Below, piece after piece: positions 1 to 10,769 of a stretch of 32,991 bases of DNA; position 1 is the first letter of the stretch; each line of letters starts with the position of its first letter. This DNA is from Catajapyx aquilonaris (Eukaryota). The notes under the pieces were generated by a model that worked only from the letters and a program-made list of their open reading frames with translations, ran no database searches and was not told where the DNA came from. The translations under genes were made by a program, and so were the position numbers. The stretch lies in contig JYFJ02001034.1 of the NCBI GenBank assembly GCA_000934665.2, forward strand, positions 62,001 to 94,991. The letters run 5' to 3'.

Positions 1-722
1 CGTCAAATACGTGGGGTACTACACAATGGCGCCCAAACTGATGCGGCTGGACAGGCCACAGGCTCCGTGGACAGATCCGGTCCTCGACTAATTACACACA
101 TTTGAATCAATGCAACGTGCGCTCTTCCGGCAAATGAGTTAGCTTGTATGAAATGTACTAAGTACACAGCGGCCGGATGTCTGCTTGGGACGGTGGACAT
201 TGCATGATGGCGCAATTGGGTTAATTAAATGTGGTTCGACACTAATTGTTCAATTATTGCCAATCCACCCAATCATGATACACCCCGTGGTTCATTCCTC
301 CTGCAATTTCGACAGTTTGTCCCAGTTACTTGAGCCCCCTGCCGCCGTCCATTGGGCAGTGGCGCTGCCGTCACTGTCCACTGCTGCCATCTGGTCCCTG
401 GCGGCCCATTCACATGCCATGCACAGTAATCCTTCAGCTTCAGAGCGGTTTAGTTCCGCCTCTTGCCACTTCCCTGCATCAACTGGCGTTGGCGGCGCGT
501 GACTGTTGCCCCGTCTGGCGGTCGGCGGCGGAATTATTCAACTGCCCGTTTGTGACTGTTTCCTAGGCATGTACCGGTCGTGTGTGGATGGAACAATCGA
601 ACGTTCCATCACTGACGACGGATCACCTTTCGTGTCACTCCAGGATCACCAATTGTTCCAAGTAAGTGTGCGGTGCATCACCTCGATGGGTGCCGTGGTG
701 ACACTGTTCCGTTTATGCAGAC

Positions 723-2198
723 ATGCCGAGGAGGAGGAAGCCGAAGAGTCTGGAGTCGCTGAGCTGGGTAGGGGTTGCCACCAACGTGGTTCGAGGCTGC
801 CCACAACCAGAGGAGGTTGAGTCCTACAGGAGGAAGATCCCTCCAGTGATGGCCAACCGGTACACGGAGGAGCTTCTCAAGGCTGCCTCAGCCACACCCG
901 TGGATCCCGCAGGGTCCCTCCGAAGCGCCTTCCATCCCGACTGCAGCGTGGTGCAACTGAGCTCGCCAAAGCTGTTCAAACTGTCCTGTTACGCTTGGTG
1001 CCAGCTCTTCACCAACTTGGACACAATGCCTGGTCTGATAATGCTCAAAATTTGCCAGGTCGTTCCAACACGGGAGTGTCGTCAGGTGGTAGTCGACATG
1101 CTGGTGAGGCATCTCCCGGTGCTTCAGGAACTTATGACTCTCTCAATGGACGCTATGGTTGGAGTAGGCGTCATGTGTAAAACGGCTCGTTTGGAGCAGG
1201 AGACTGATCTGCCACCTCAAGTGCAAGTATATGCAAATTGTGCCAACTTACAGATGCTGGACATGGGCGTTAGTGCCCTTAGGCATGAGGACATCATTTG
1301 CCTCCTGGACAACCTGCCGCAACTCAAGTCCTTGCCGATTCCCGACATAGAGAAGGTACTGGCATTATTAGGCGGACGTTCCTATGGCCTGGCTGATTTC
1401 TCCGATACTGTACAAGACACGAAGAATTTGAACAAAATAGGGGATTATTTCCCGCAATTGGAGACACTTCGACTGGATGTGTCTAGTTCTTCTCTGACAT
1501 CCATAAGCAATCTGCCACGCTTGGAGACTCTGCATATCCATTACGCAACCCGCAGACCTCTCCATGCCATGATGACCCCTTGCATCTCGCGCCTACGCCA
1601 TCTATATCTTCGACGTGTCACCAAGATCGATTCTGTGTTCAGGAGAGACCTGGACACGACCTATCCGCTGACCGCTCTGTCGTTACATTATTGCACAGAC
1701 ATAGACATGGTTGGAATTGCGAAATCCTTACCGAAGCTCAAGGAGCTTAGAATTATTTGCAGTTCTGTCACCAGGCTGACTGGAACTGCACTGATGCCTT
1801 ACCCTTTCCAACGCATGACTCATTTTGAGATGCTGGGCAGCTGCGAAGGTTGGACCAAAAGCCACGATCGTTACCTCCTGTCTTCTTGCACCAAACTCCA
1901 GAATCTGGTTTTCATCGGAAATAGTACCATGAAGGACGCTGATTTTTGCGAATCAATTGCGTCCAATCCTATGAAAGAGTTACGCGCATTTTCTCTGCTC
2001 AGCAAGGATCTGACAAAGGCCGTTGTTGCGCCCTTTGTTAGTTCTTTCGGAGACTCGTTGGAAGAGGTGAACTTGGCCGGGGGAAACCTTGGCGAGACTT
2101 TGACGGACACTGACTTTGCCCAGCTGGTTGCCCAATGTTGCACGTACGACATGAACTTTAATTTGTGCAATCGCCAGATTTGTGTTGCCCAATCGTAA
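723..2198 (+). CDS. Leucine-rich-repeat protein with N-terminal BC-box/Cul2-box-like motif (putative CRL2 substrate receptor), copy 1
   Basis: 491 aa uninterrupted ORF. LxxLxL repeats (LPQLKSL, FPQLETLRL, LPRLETLHI, LPKLKELRI, CTKLQNL). N-terminal KSLESLSWVGV followed by IPPVMANRY. Probable 5'UTR intron 662-720 (gtaagt...tatgcag) ends 2 nt before the ATG. Confidence 0.8.
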   Translation: MPRRRKPKSLESLSWVGVATNVVRGCPQPEEVESYRRKIPPVMANRYTEELLKAASATPVDPAGSLRSAFHPDCSVVQLSSPKLFKLSCYAWCQLFTNLDTMPGLIMLKICQVVPTRECRQVVVDMLVRHLPVLQELMTLSMDAMVGVGVMCKTARLEQETDLPPQVQVYANCANLQMLDMGVSALRHEDIICLLDNLPQLKSLPIPDIEKVLALLGGRSYGLADFSDTVQDTKNLNKIGDYFPQLETLRLDVSSSSLTSISNLPRLETLHIHYATRRPLHAMMTPCISRLRHLYLRRVTKIDSVFRRDLDTTYPLTALSLHYCTDIDMVGIAKSLPKLKELRIICSSVTRLTGTALMPYPFQRMTHFEMLGSCEGWTKSHDRYLLSSCTKLQNLVFIGNSTMKDADFCESIASNPMKELRAFSLLSKDLTKAVVAPFVSSFGDSLEEVNLAGGNLGETLTDTDFAQLVAQCCTYDMNFNLCNRQICVAQS

Positions 2199-2993
2199 GA
2201 TGTTGGCCTGTTTTTTTAATGTTCCATTCCGTCTCCCATATATAAGTGGAAAAATGTCACTTCGGAAAAAGCTCATACTGGTCGCTTATGCAGCATGTTG
2301 AATAAGATGTTGGCCATTGTTTGAAAAATAAATATTGTAAAAAAAATCCCTAGTGCCTGCTGTTCCCATTTCAAATCCTTTTCGTGCCCACAGTATGCCG
2401 AGGAGTACGGTGCCCTTTGACCTGGTGAGTGTTGTCTTTAATAGATTGAATGCACCAGTACGGCATTGTTGGACGTTACTCCTGTTCATACTGGTGCAAT
2501 TAAATCTGGTTCTACACTAATTGCTTGCTAATAAATTGTTCTTGCCAATCCACCCAATCATGACACATCTCTCCTTTACATCCAGACAGTTTCTCTCAGT
2601 TAGTTCAGCCCCCTGCCGCCGTCCATTGGGCAGTGGCGCTGCCGTCCCTGTCCACTGCTGCCATCTGGTCCCTGGCGGCAATTCACATGCCATGCACAAC
2701 AATCATCAGCTTTAGAGCGGTTTAGTTCCGCCTCTTGCCACTTCCCTTCAACAACTGGCGTTGGCGGCGCGTGACTGTCGCCCCCTCTGACGGTCGGCGG
2801 CGGAATTATTCAACTGCCCGTCTGTGACTGTTTCCCTGGCCATGTACCGGTCGTGTGTGGAACAATCGAACGTTCCATACGGAGGATCACCTTTCGTGAC
2901 AGTGACACTCCAGGATCACCAATTGTTCCCAGTAAGTGTGCGGTGCATCACCTCGATGGGTGCCGTAGTGACACTGTTCCGTTTATGCAGACA

Positions 2994-4457
2994 ATGCCGA
3001 GGAGGAGGCAGCCGAAGAGTCTGGAGTCGCTCAGCTGGGCAGGGGTTGCCACCAACGTGGTTCGAAGCCGCCAAGAACCGGAGGAGGTTGAGGCCTATAG
3101 GAGGAAGATCCCTCCAGTGATGGCCAACCGGTACACGGAGGAGCTTCTCAAGTCTGCCTCAGCCACACCCGTGGATCCCGCAGGGTCCCTCCGAAGCGCC
3201 TTCCATCCCGACTGCTGCGTGGTGCAACTCAGCAAGCTGTTCAAACTGTCCTGTTACGCTTGGCGCCAGCTCTTCACCAACCTGGACACAATGCCTGGTC
3301 TGACAATGCTCAAAATTAGTCAGGTTCCGACATGGGAGAGTCACATAGTCGTAGTGGATATGCTGGTGAGGCATCTCCCGGTGCTTCAGAAGCTCACGTC
3401 CGTCGCAATGGCAAGGACGGTCGGAGTGGCAATCACACGTAAGATGGCTAACGTGGAACAAACCACTAACCTCCCGCCTCATGTGCAAATGTATGCAAAT
3501 TGTGCCGACCTAAGGCACCTGGACATTGACATTAGCGAACTTGCACCTGAGGGCATCATTTGTCTCCTGGACAACCTGCCGCAACTCAAATCCTTGCCGA
3601 TTCATACGATAGAGCGCGTACTGCCACTGTGCAGACGTTCGTACGGGCTGGCAGATTTCTCAGGACTCGTAAGAGACACCAAGGACTTGAACAGAATTGG
3701 GAGGCATTTCCCGCAGTTGGAGACGCTTCGACTGAATGCGTCTTATACCACCCTGACGTGCATAAGCAACCTGCCACGATTGCAGACTCTTCAGCTCTGT
3801 TACAAACCACGTGGACCTCTGCACGACCTGATGACCCCTTGCATCTCACGCCTCACTCGTTTATTTCTGCAAAACGTTACCATGATAGATTCCGTGTTCA
3901 GGAGAGACTTGGACACGACCTATCCGCTGACAAGCCTTACGTTTGATAGTTGCAGCGACATAGACCTTGTCGGAATTGCAAAATCCTTACCGAAGCTGGA
4001 GAAGCTTGTGATAACCCGCAGTTCTTTCACCGAGCTGACTGGAACTGACCTGACACCTTGCCCTTTTCGACATGTAACAGAGTGTATTGTGCTGGGAAGC
4101 CCCCAAGGTTGGACCAAAAGCCACGATCGTTACCTCCTGTCTTCATGCACCAAACTCCGGAAGCTGAGCGTGACCGGAAATTATTCCATCACAGACGCTG
4201 ATTTTTGCGAGCTCATTGCGGCTAATCCAATGAAAGAGTTGGACACACTCACTTTAATCTGCAACGATCTGACCATTGCCGTCGTTGCGACCATTCTTAG
4301 TTCCTTCGGAGACTCCTTGGACGATGTGTATTTGGAAGGAAGCAACTTAAGTGAGCTGTTGTCCGATGCTGACGTGGCCGAGCTGGCTTCCCAGTGTCGG
4401 ATGTATGACATGGACTTTACTTTGTCCGGACACGAGATTTGTGTTGCCGAATCGTAA
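2994..4457 (+). CDS. LRR protein with BC-box/Cul2-box-like motif, copy 2 (recent tandem paralog of 723-2198)
   Basis: Aligns end to end with copy 1 (MPRRRQPKSLESLSW...EICVAES vs QICVAQS). Start placed at the ATG at 2994, after the homologous intron 2932-2990; the ORF-track start at 2853 lies upstream of that intron. Confidence 0.82.
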   Translation: MPRRRQPKSLESLSWAGVATNVVRSRQEPEEVEAYRRKIPPVMANRYTEELLKSASATPVDPAGSLRSAFHPDCCVVQLSKLFKLSCYAWRQLFTNLDTMPGLTMLKISQVPTWESHIVVVDMLVRHLPVLQKLTSVAMARTVGVAITRKMANVEQTTNLPPHVQMYANCADLRHLDIDISELAPEGIICLLDNLPQLKSLPIHTIERVLPLCRRSYGLADFSGLVRDTKDLNRIGRHFPQLETLRLNASYTTLTCISNLPRLQTLQLCYKPRGPLHDLMTPCISRLTRLFLQNVTMIDSVFRRDLDTTYPLTSLTFDSCSDIDLVGIAKSLPKLEKLVITRSSFTELTGTDLTPCPFRHVTECIVLGSPQGWTKSHDRYLLSSCTKLRKLSVTGNYSITDADFCELIAANPMKELDTLTLICNDLTIAVVATILSSFGDSLDDVYLEGSNLSELLSDADVAELASQCRMYDMDFTLSGHEICVAES

Positions 4458-4673
4458 GATGTTGGACTATTTTTTTAAGTTCATGCCGTGCCCATAAGTT
4501 TGTATGAAATGCGCTGTATTACAAGTGTCAATCCATCTCCACTGTTTTTATTAGTTCGGAGGTTACTCTCAAATTGACAGGTTGCATGTCAGGGACTGAA
4601 TTTACTTCATTTATTGAAGGTATGAAACCAGTAGCACAGTTTTCTTAAAAAAAAAAAATCATTTCAGATTGAC

Positions 4674-6164
4674 ATGCCGAGCAAAAGGAAACCTGAGACG
4701 CTTGAACATCTGTGCTTGAAACGTGTCGTCAACCACATCCTGTACTCGTGTGAGGGATGCTCGTGGCGGCACTCGCAGGAGATAAGAGAGTACGTCCTGT
4801 GCGTTCCTGCGACCATCGGAAGCAAGTTTGTAACGGAGCTGCTGACCACAGCGATGCGGAAATACCCACACCGCTCAGAAGTCAATCTCCGAGATGCGTT
4901 TCACCCGAAATGCAGCGAAATTGATTTGAGCATGTCAAAAGTGCAGTTGTCATCAGTATTGTATCGCGAACTGTTTAAAAACTTGGACGTTTTTAGTGGC
5001 TTGGAAATGTTCGATTCGGGAAGTCGCCCTGCGAGACATGACGAGCGATTTGCCAAGGACATGATGGACATGCACGCCGCAAAGCTCAAAAATCTGCGAA
5101 TACTTCAAGCTCCTTTGCCAGATAATCCTGCTGCAATTTTAAAGCTCGTCAAAAGTTCTTCGCTCCTTGAAAGAGTGTCGACTTGTTACTTATCACCTTC
5201 TCAAACCAGAATTTTTGTAGCCTGCGCCAACCTAAAGGTGCTTAGACACACTGGGACATACTCCTTGTCGCCTGACGACATTATTCACATGCTGGACAAC
5301 CTTCATTGCCTCGAGTCAATACACGTAACGAACTTCCGGGCATTGCTAGCAAAATGCAAAGGGACTTATCCTCTGAAAGACTTTGGCGGTGCTCACGTGG
5401 ATTCCAGACTGCTCGGCAAATTAGTGCAGCATTTTCCGCAATTGGAGACGTTGAATGTGAATCATTCCAATGCCTGTCTTAAGCCGTTGAACGATTTGCG
5501 TTGCCTGAAAGTGCTGGGCGTAGCATGCGTTAAGACGTCAGCCGTTTGCTCACTTGTTCTCCCTTGTTTAGCACATCTTACGAAGCTGGCTCTGACGGAT
5601 GTGAAAGGGCTTAGCGTAATTTTTAACGATGGCGTTAACGAGAGCTTCCGGCTGAGTTCACTAGTCTTGAGCGGCTGTACTGATGTCGACCTAACTCTAA
5701 TACGACGAGTGTTTCCTCACTTGCGGCACCTGCAGTTGGCCTCATCGTCTTTGGTTACCTTTCGTTCCTCCCCTTCAGGTTGGAAATGTCTGGAGGACTT
5801 CCGTGTGACGCGAGGATGCAGCGGTTGGTCCCAAGACCACTTGGTCTTTGTCGTCTCGACGTGTTTTAAACTGAAAAGGCTGCACCTGGACGCAAGCCAC
5901 TTCTTGAGCGACTCCATTTTTCGAGTGCTACTTGCGACTAATCCCATGAACGAATTGCGTTCGGTATTTGTAAACAGCGACAGGCTGACAGGGGCAGTGC
6001 TGGTGACTGTTGCCAATTCATTTGAAAGTTTAAGTGAGGCGTCCTTAACTGGCGGAATCTTGAAGCAAGATCTTACGCAAGAGCTTCGAGGCGAGGTGAC
6101 AAATGCGCTTAAATTGTACGAAATGACTAGTTTTAATGTGTGTGGTACTGAACTGTACAAGTGA
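4674..6164 (+). CDS. LRR protein with canonical BC-box, copy 3 (older paralog)
   Basis: 496 aa. MPSKRKPETLEHLCLKRV matches the BC-box pattern (T/S)LxxxCxxxV, followed by VPATIGSKF. Shares LRxAFHP, LDNL, HFPQLETL and NPMxEL with copies 1/2. Probable 5'UTR intron 4620-4667. Confidence 0.8.
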   Translation: MPSKRKPETLEHLCLKRVVNHILYSCEGCSWRHSQEIREYVLCVPATIGSKFVTELLTTAMRKYPHRSEVNLRDAFHPKCSEIDLSMSKVQLSSVLYRELFKNLDVFSGLEMFDSGSRPARHDERFAKDMMDMHAAKLKNLRILQAPLPDNPAAILKLVKSSSLLERVSTCYLSPSQTRIFVACANLKVLRHTGTYSLSPDDIIHMLDNLHCLESIHVTNFRALLAKCKGTYPLKDFGGAHVDSRLLGKLVQHFPQLETLNVNHSNACLKPLNDLRCLKVLGVACVKTSAVCSLVLPCLAHLTKLALTDVKGLSVIFNDGVNESFRLSSLVLSGCTDVDLTLIRRVFPHLRHLQLASSSLVTFRSSPSGWKCLEDFRVTRGCSGWSQDHLVFVVSTCFKLKRLHLDASHFLSDSIFRVLLATNPMNELRSVFVNSDRLTGAVLVTVANSFESLSEASLTGGILKQDLTQELRGEVTNALKLYEMTSFNVCGTELYK

Positions 6165-6376
6165 ATAACTCGTGTACTGTACTTTTGGGTTGGGTCATTT
6201 TCTTACGGTATTAAACTGCCTGAAACGAGTTCCGTTTGATTTAATTGGGTCAACTCAGGAGCAAATGAGTCATCGAGGTCGGTCACATTTTATCAGGAGC
6301 AGATGTCTCCTGTGATAAAGATGCTGATATGAGGGCAGATATTGTCCTTTCGGCCCCTGTTCACTGCAGCAGCAAC

Positions 6377-8603
6377 ATGGAATCCGTCAGCCTTCAGGAT
6401 CCGTTGTCCAAAGTTTCATTTAGCGATCATCTACTTCGGTACATACGAAACGTGACAACAGAGGACAAGAACAGGCCGTGCATTGTAAGTACTGTATGCG
6501 GAAGATGTGCGATGCGGATTAATAAATTTGTTCACTTTCTAGACTGATGTGTGCTCAGGTGACGCGATTAGCTACGGCGACCTTGACGAAATGTCCTGGA
6601 CAGTCGGAAGTGCGCTGACGAAAAGGGGCTTCAGAGGACAGGACGTGTTCATGTACGTCACGTTCAATAGCTGCAGGATTTATCCCGTCTTGTTTGGCGT
6701 CTGGAGGCTCAACGGGATTATCCACCCGTCATATCCGGAGGATCGGGAGGGTATGTCGGCTCATTAAAGCATACAAACAGTATGTGACATGTTCAATTGC
6801 AGAAACGCTGTTCAAGCGAATGATGGATTCGTGCTGCCGTTTCATTGTTTGCGACAAGACCTTCTCGCCTACTGTTTTGTCCGCATGTGCCAAGCTGGAC
6901 TGGCCAGTGCAAGTATTTTGCTTCGACAGAGACGTCGAAGGCTGCGATCACGTCGACGTGCTTTTCAATGACGACGGGACAGGTCAGCTGTTTGCGTATG
7001 CTTTTGTGCTGAGAATTTCATTGGTTTATATATTTCCAGCGTTTCCTGAAAGCGTGCGGGTCAACGATGATGACACGGTGGCGCTAGTGTGCACTGGAGG
7101 AACCACCGGAGTCAGCAAATGCGCCGTCCACACTCACGCAACGTTCAAGTTCGTCATGGAATCTAACGCGTACCTGTTAGTCATTCGTTATTTTGCATTT
7201 AATTGCGGCAAGCGAATAATAATGTACTTTCAGAGTGCCGGACGTAAAAAGCAAGACCATTGCAATTCCCGGAAAAATATTTCACCTCCTGGGAATCCTG
7301 ACCATGACCTTTGGGACCCTGTACGGTTGCCATACACTGACCATGTCTAAGCCTGATCCGCTCCTGCTGATCCGTGGGATCGACAAGTACAAGGTACGTG
7401 AAAGGCGTCGCAATGATGGGTTTGAAAAGGTGCGATTTCCAGCCGTCGTTCCTGTTCTGCTTTCCGACGTTCGTCATGTGGTTGATAACGCATCCCGAGT
7501 CCAAGAAGTACGACCTCACATCTGTGAAGACGATCGTATCGGGAGGGGCATCGTACACGAAAGCAATGGAGGAGCAGATCCTGGCCGCACTGCCTCACCT
7601 TCTAGCCTTCCACAATGTATCATTCGAGCACCTCTTTACGAGACTGATCAGTGTGACTTATGCGCATTACTTTCAGGGTTACGGAGCCACGGAAACACTG
7701 CACATCAGCAACACGCTTAACCTGGTGGCGTCTACTGCAGCTTTGGAATGCCCCAAATATGAAGGCATGTTTAAGCAACGTAAAAATTATAATGGTTCAT
7801 TAATTTCCCCCCCTTCTAGATACACCAGATTTAAGCGTAGGTCGACCAGTACCGAGTGTGCATGTCAAGGTAACTATTTACAGTCATCGTTCGACATTCA
7901 TTGCAACGTATTGTTTCAGGTCGTGGATCCGGAGACTGGCGAGACTCTGGGTGCGAATGAGTCCGGCGAAATATGGGTGTCCAGTCCCATGGTAATGAAA
8001 GGATATTACAAAAATCCGCAGGTAATTAAAACAATCCGCAGATTTAACAACCGTAATTGAGATGAAGAATTTCAGGCTACCCGAGAGACGTTGAAGGACG
8101 GCTGGTGCAACACTGGTGACTACGGCTACATCGATCGAAATGGTTTTATCTTTTGCGTCGATCGTCTCAAGGAAGTCTTTAAATACTGGAACAATCATGT
8201 TGGTTTAGTCAATGTTTATCCACGGTACATATTGTAAATTTGGCTGCATTTAGGTGTCGCCAATCGAGCTGGAGAACGTCTTGGCACAACATCCCGCAGT
8301 GGCCGAATGTTGCGTGATTGGAATACCAGACAAAGACGGCGGTGGGTGCGTCCCAAGAGCATACGTCGTCAAAAAGGAAGGGTCCAACGTGGATGCGGAC
8401 ACTGTCATCAAATATTTCGATGGTAACGTAGCATCCGAATACGCACCAAATGCGTCGTTTAAACATATTTACTTGCAGAACGTGTCGCTTCCTATCAACA
8501 GATGCGAGGGGGACTCGAATTCATCGACCAACTTCCGAAGAGCCAAGCTGGGAAAATGTCTCGCCGCGCTTTACATGACTTGTACTTATCTCAGAACAAT
8601 TAA
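6377..8603 (+). CDS. 4-coumarate-CoA ligase / firefly-luciferase-like acyl-CoA synthetase (ANL adenylate-forming family), 12 exons
   Basis: Manual exons: 6377-6484, 6543-6750, 6803-6982, 7040-7169, 7234-7393, 7443-7616, 7677-7764, 7820-7869, 7920-8021, 8076-8198, 8254-8422, 8479-8603. Motifs [63 protein letters not shown]. Confidence 0.92.
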
Positions 8604-9111
8604 GCAAAGGAGAGTAGGAAGGTCAAATACGTATGAGATTAAAAAATCCAATCCGACATGCGGAATGTTCGTGCAGAATGCGCAATATTGCGTAAGTCGT
8701 CAATTATGCAAAGGGCAGCAATAATGTCCAGGAATCCACATTTCTCGGACTTCGTGGTTGGGAGATGCGGTGACACTTTTATTGGGAGATTATTAGTTTA
8801 ACTTACAGCCCTTAACAACGGCAGGTAATCTTTATGGGCTCATTGTCCTCCTATGTTCACGCCCTACGATTGTATTGATTCCACCGAGTCTGTCGGACAC
8901 TGGAGTTTCATTCTTCAAGCGTATTATCACAATTTTTTTCGCGTATTCTGGGACATGTAGAGCTGTACTTATTATGGGCTCCCTGCAGTAATAAATGGAC
9001 ATGTAATTTGCGCATTACAGTTGGGTGTATTGATTGCCTGCAGGGGCATGAAATGCAAATGTCGTAAACCTAGTGAGGTCACAATGCGATGGGAGTAGCG
9101 GAGTAGGCAGG

Positions 9112-10519
9112 ATGGTCAGCAGCACGGCCGTACAGCGCAGGAGGCACGACTCCTGGCCCACGTTCAAGCCAATCGCTGTCATTTGCACCATCGGGGGGAT
9201 CCTGCCTTGGCCGTGGCCGCAGCTTTCCAGGGATCCCTGGCCGCTGACCCACAGATGGCCTGCCATGACCCATCTGGTCCTGTTGGGGTCGTACGTGACC
9301 ACGTTCGTCTTGGAGCAACCCCTCCAGCTGTCCCACGACTGGCCCGACATGAGCCCCACAGAAATATTCGCACTGGGGCTCTTCTACGCCAGCATATACG
9401 TCTGTCCGTGGATCAACCTCGCATTGATGCAAGGACGGGCAAAGGGCACCTGGACAATTCCGGAGCGGATCATGGCTGTCGATTTCCTCCATCCCAACAT
9501 GCTGAACTCGGAGAACTCCTTGAAGCGAAAGGGACTGGTGCTCATCCTCCTTGCAGTGCTCCTGCCGCTGGTTCAAGTGGCAGGGAACATCTTCAGTCTG
9601 GTCCGAGAAGGAAGCCACGAGTTCGAAGAAGCCTCCAACATCGCATTCATCGTCTTCTCGTGGCACAGCCTGTTCCTGTTCCACCTAGTTCCGCTTCAGG
9701 TCATGTTCCTATCCATGGTGATTAAAGATCGGTTCCGACAACTGGCATCCGCAACGTCGAGCTTGTGTCGGCGGGGTCGGCCCCTTTTCTCCACAACGAA
9801 GACGCCGGCAAAGGCTTGGGCTTCCGATCAGAGACACGTGACGTTTGAGGAGTTGGGCCACATGTATCTGGAATTGTGCGACTTGACCAACCAAGTCGGA
9901 GAGGTGTACGGGATCCCGCTGCTCGTTACGTACACCGTCTTCTTCAACGTGATCATCACCACAATGTTCGCACTGTTTGACCTGCATTGGAACCTGGAGT
10001 CCATGCCAGTGAACATTACGTTCGTCGCTTGCGTCACCATCTCCGTGCTTTCCCTAGTTTTATTTACATGCATCGTGGCGGACATCTCCAACGAGGTGAG
10101 TCCACTTTCATGATTCACATTTTCGCAACTGATGTGTCCATCTCATTTAAGGCCACAAAGCCGCTCAAGGACCTCTTAAGCGTACGTCTATTTGAACTGA
10201 ATCCGTCCACCCAACAGCAGGTCAGCCACTGTACCGTACCACCAACAGGAAATAGTATTTTTGATGCTTTCAATTAATTCCAGTTGCACGTCCTCATTAA
10301 GCAAATGTCGGGGCCACCAGTGCAGGTCACGGCCGCCAATTTTTTCCCGATAACCCGAGGACTTTTGACATCCGTAAGTGAAACCGGGGTGAATCCAGCC
10401 CATGTTGTTAATGCACTTGTTCCTTTCAGATCGCAGGATCTATCACCACGTATCTCATCGTTTTGGCACAGTTCAGAGGAGCGGAAACTGGCAGCGAAGA
10501 GACGGCCAATCGTGACTGA
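9112..10519 (+). CDS. Gustatory receptor (7tm chemoreceptor) GR-a, 4 exons
   Basis: Exons 9112-10095, 10152-10220, 10284-10373, 10430-10519. Multiple TM segments, three C-terminal phase-0 introns, and VQVTAANFFPITRGLLTS-IAGSITTYLIVLAQF, which carries the GR TYhhhhhQF signature. Confidence 0.92.
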
Positions 10520-10769
10520 TTGGTCAGCAAAGTTCGGCACTAATTTACCAACATAAAGGTCACATTGGCCCACACGTTTCCCCTGTGAAAAATAAATTTC
10601 AGCAAATTACATAAGTCAGTTATATTTCACAGCGTTTTGGACGACAACTGTAAAGCACTAAATATATATTTTAACACAGTTAACCATGCAATTGCGATTA
10701 AACACCAAAAGTCATCTTCATGTTCAGTCTTTCTGATGCGAAGTAATGTTGTCCTGAATCTTAGTAAAG

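Larger units (their letters stand above)
241..4490 (+). repeat. Tandem segmental duplication: unit A ~241-2232, unit B ~2516-4490
   Basis: About 470 bp of upstream non-coding DNA (ttgccaatccacccaatcatga...gtttatgcagaca), the CDS and the start of the 3'UTR (cgtaagatgttgg..ttttttaa) occur twice, with an offset of ~2270 bp. Confidence 0.95.

Noticed and set aside
2853..2993. 47 aa N-terminal extension of LRR copy 2
   Set aside because: It starts at a non-ATG codon, spans the predicted 5'UTR intron, and the homologous copy 1 begins at MPRRR.
9015..9725. Long antisense and alternate-frame ORFs over GR-a (similar ones over GLMN and DUF229)
   Set aside because: Shadow ORFs expected from GC-rich codon usage; no recognisable motifs.
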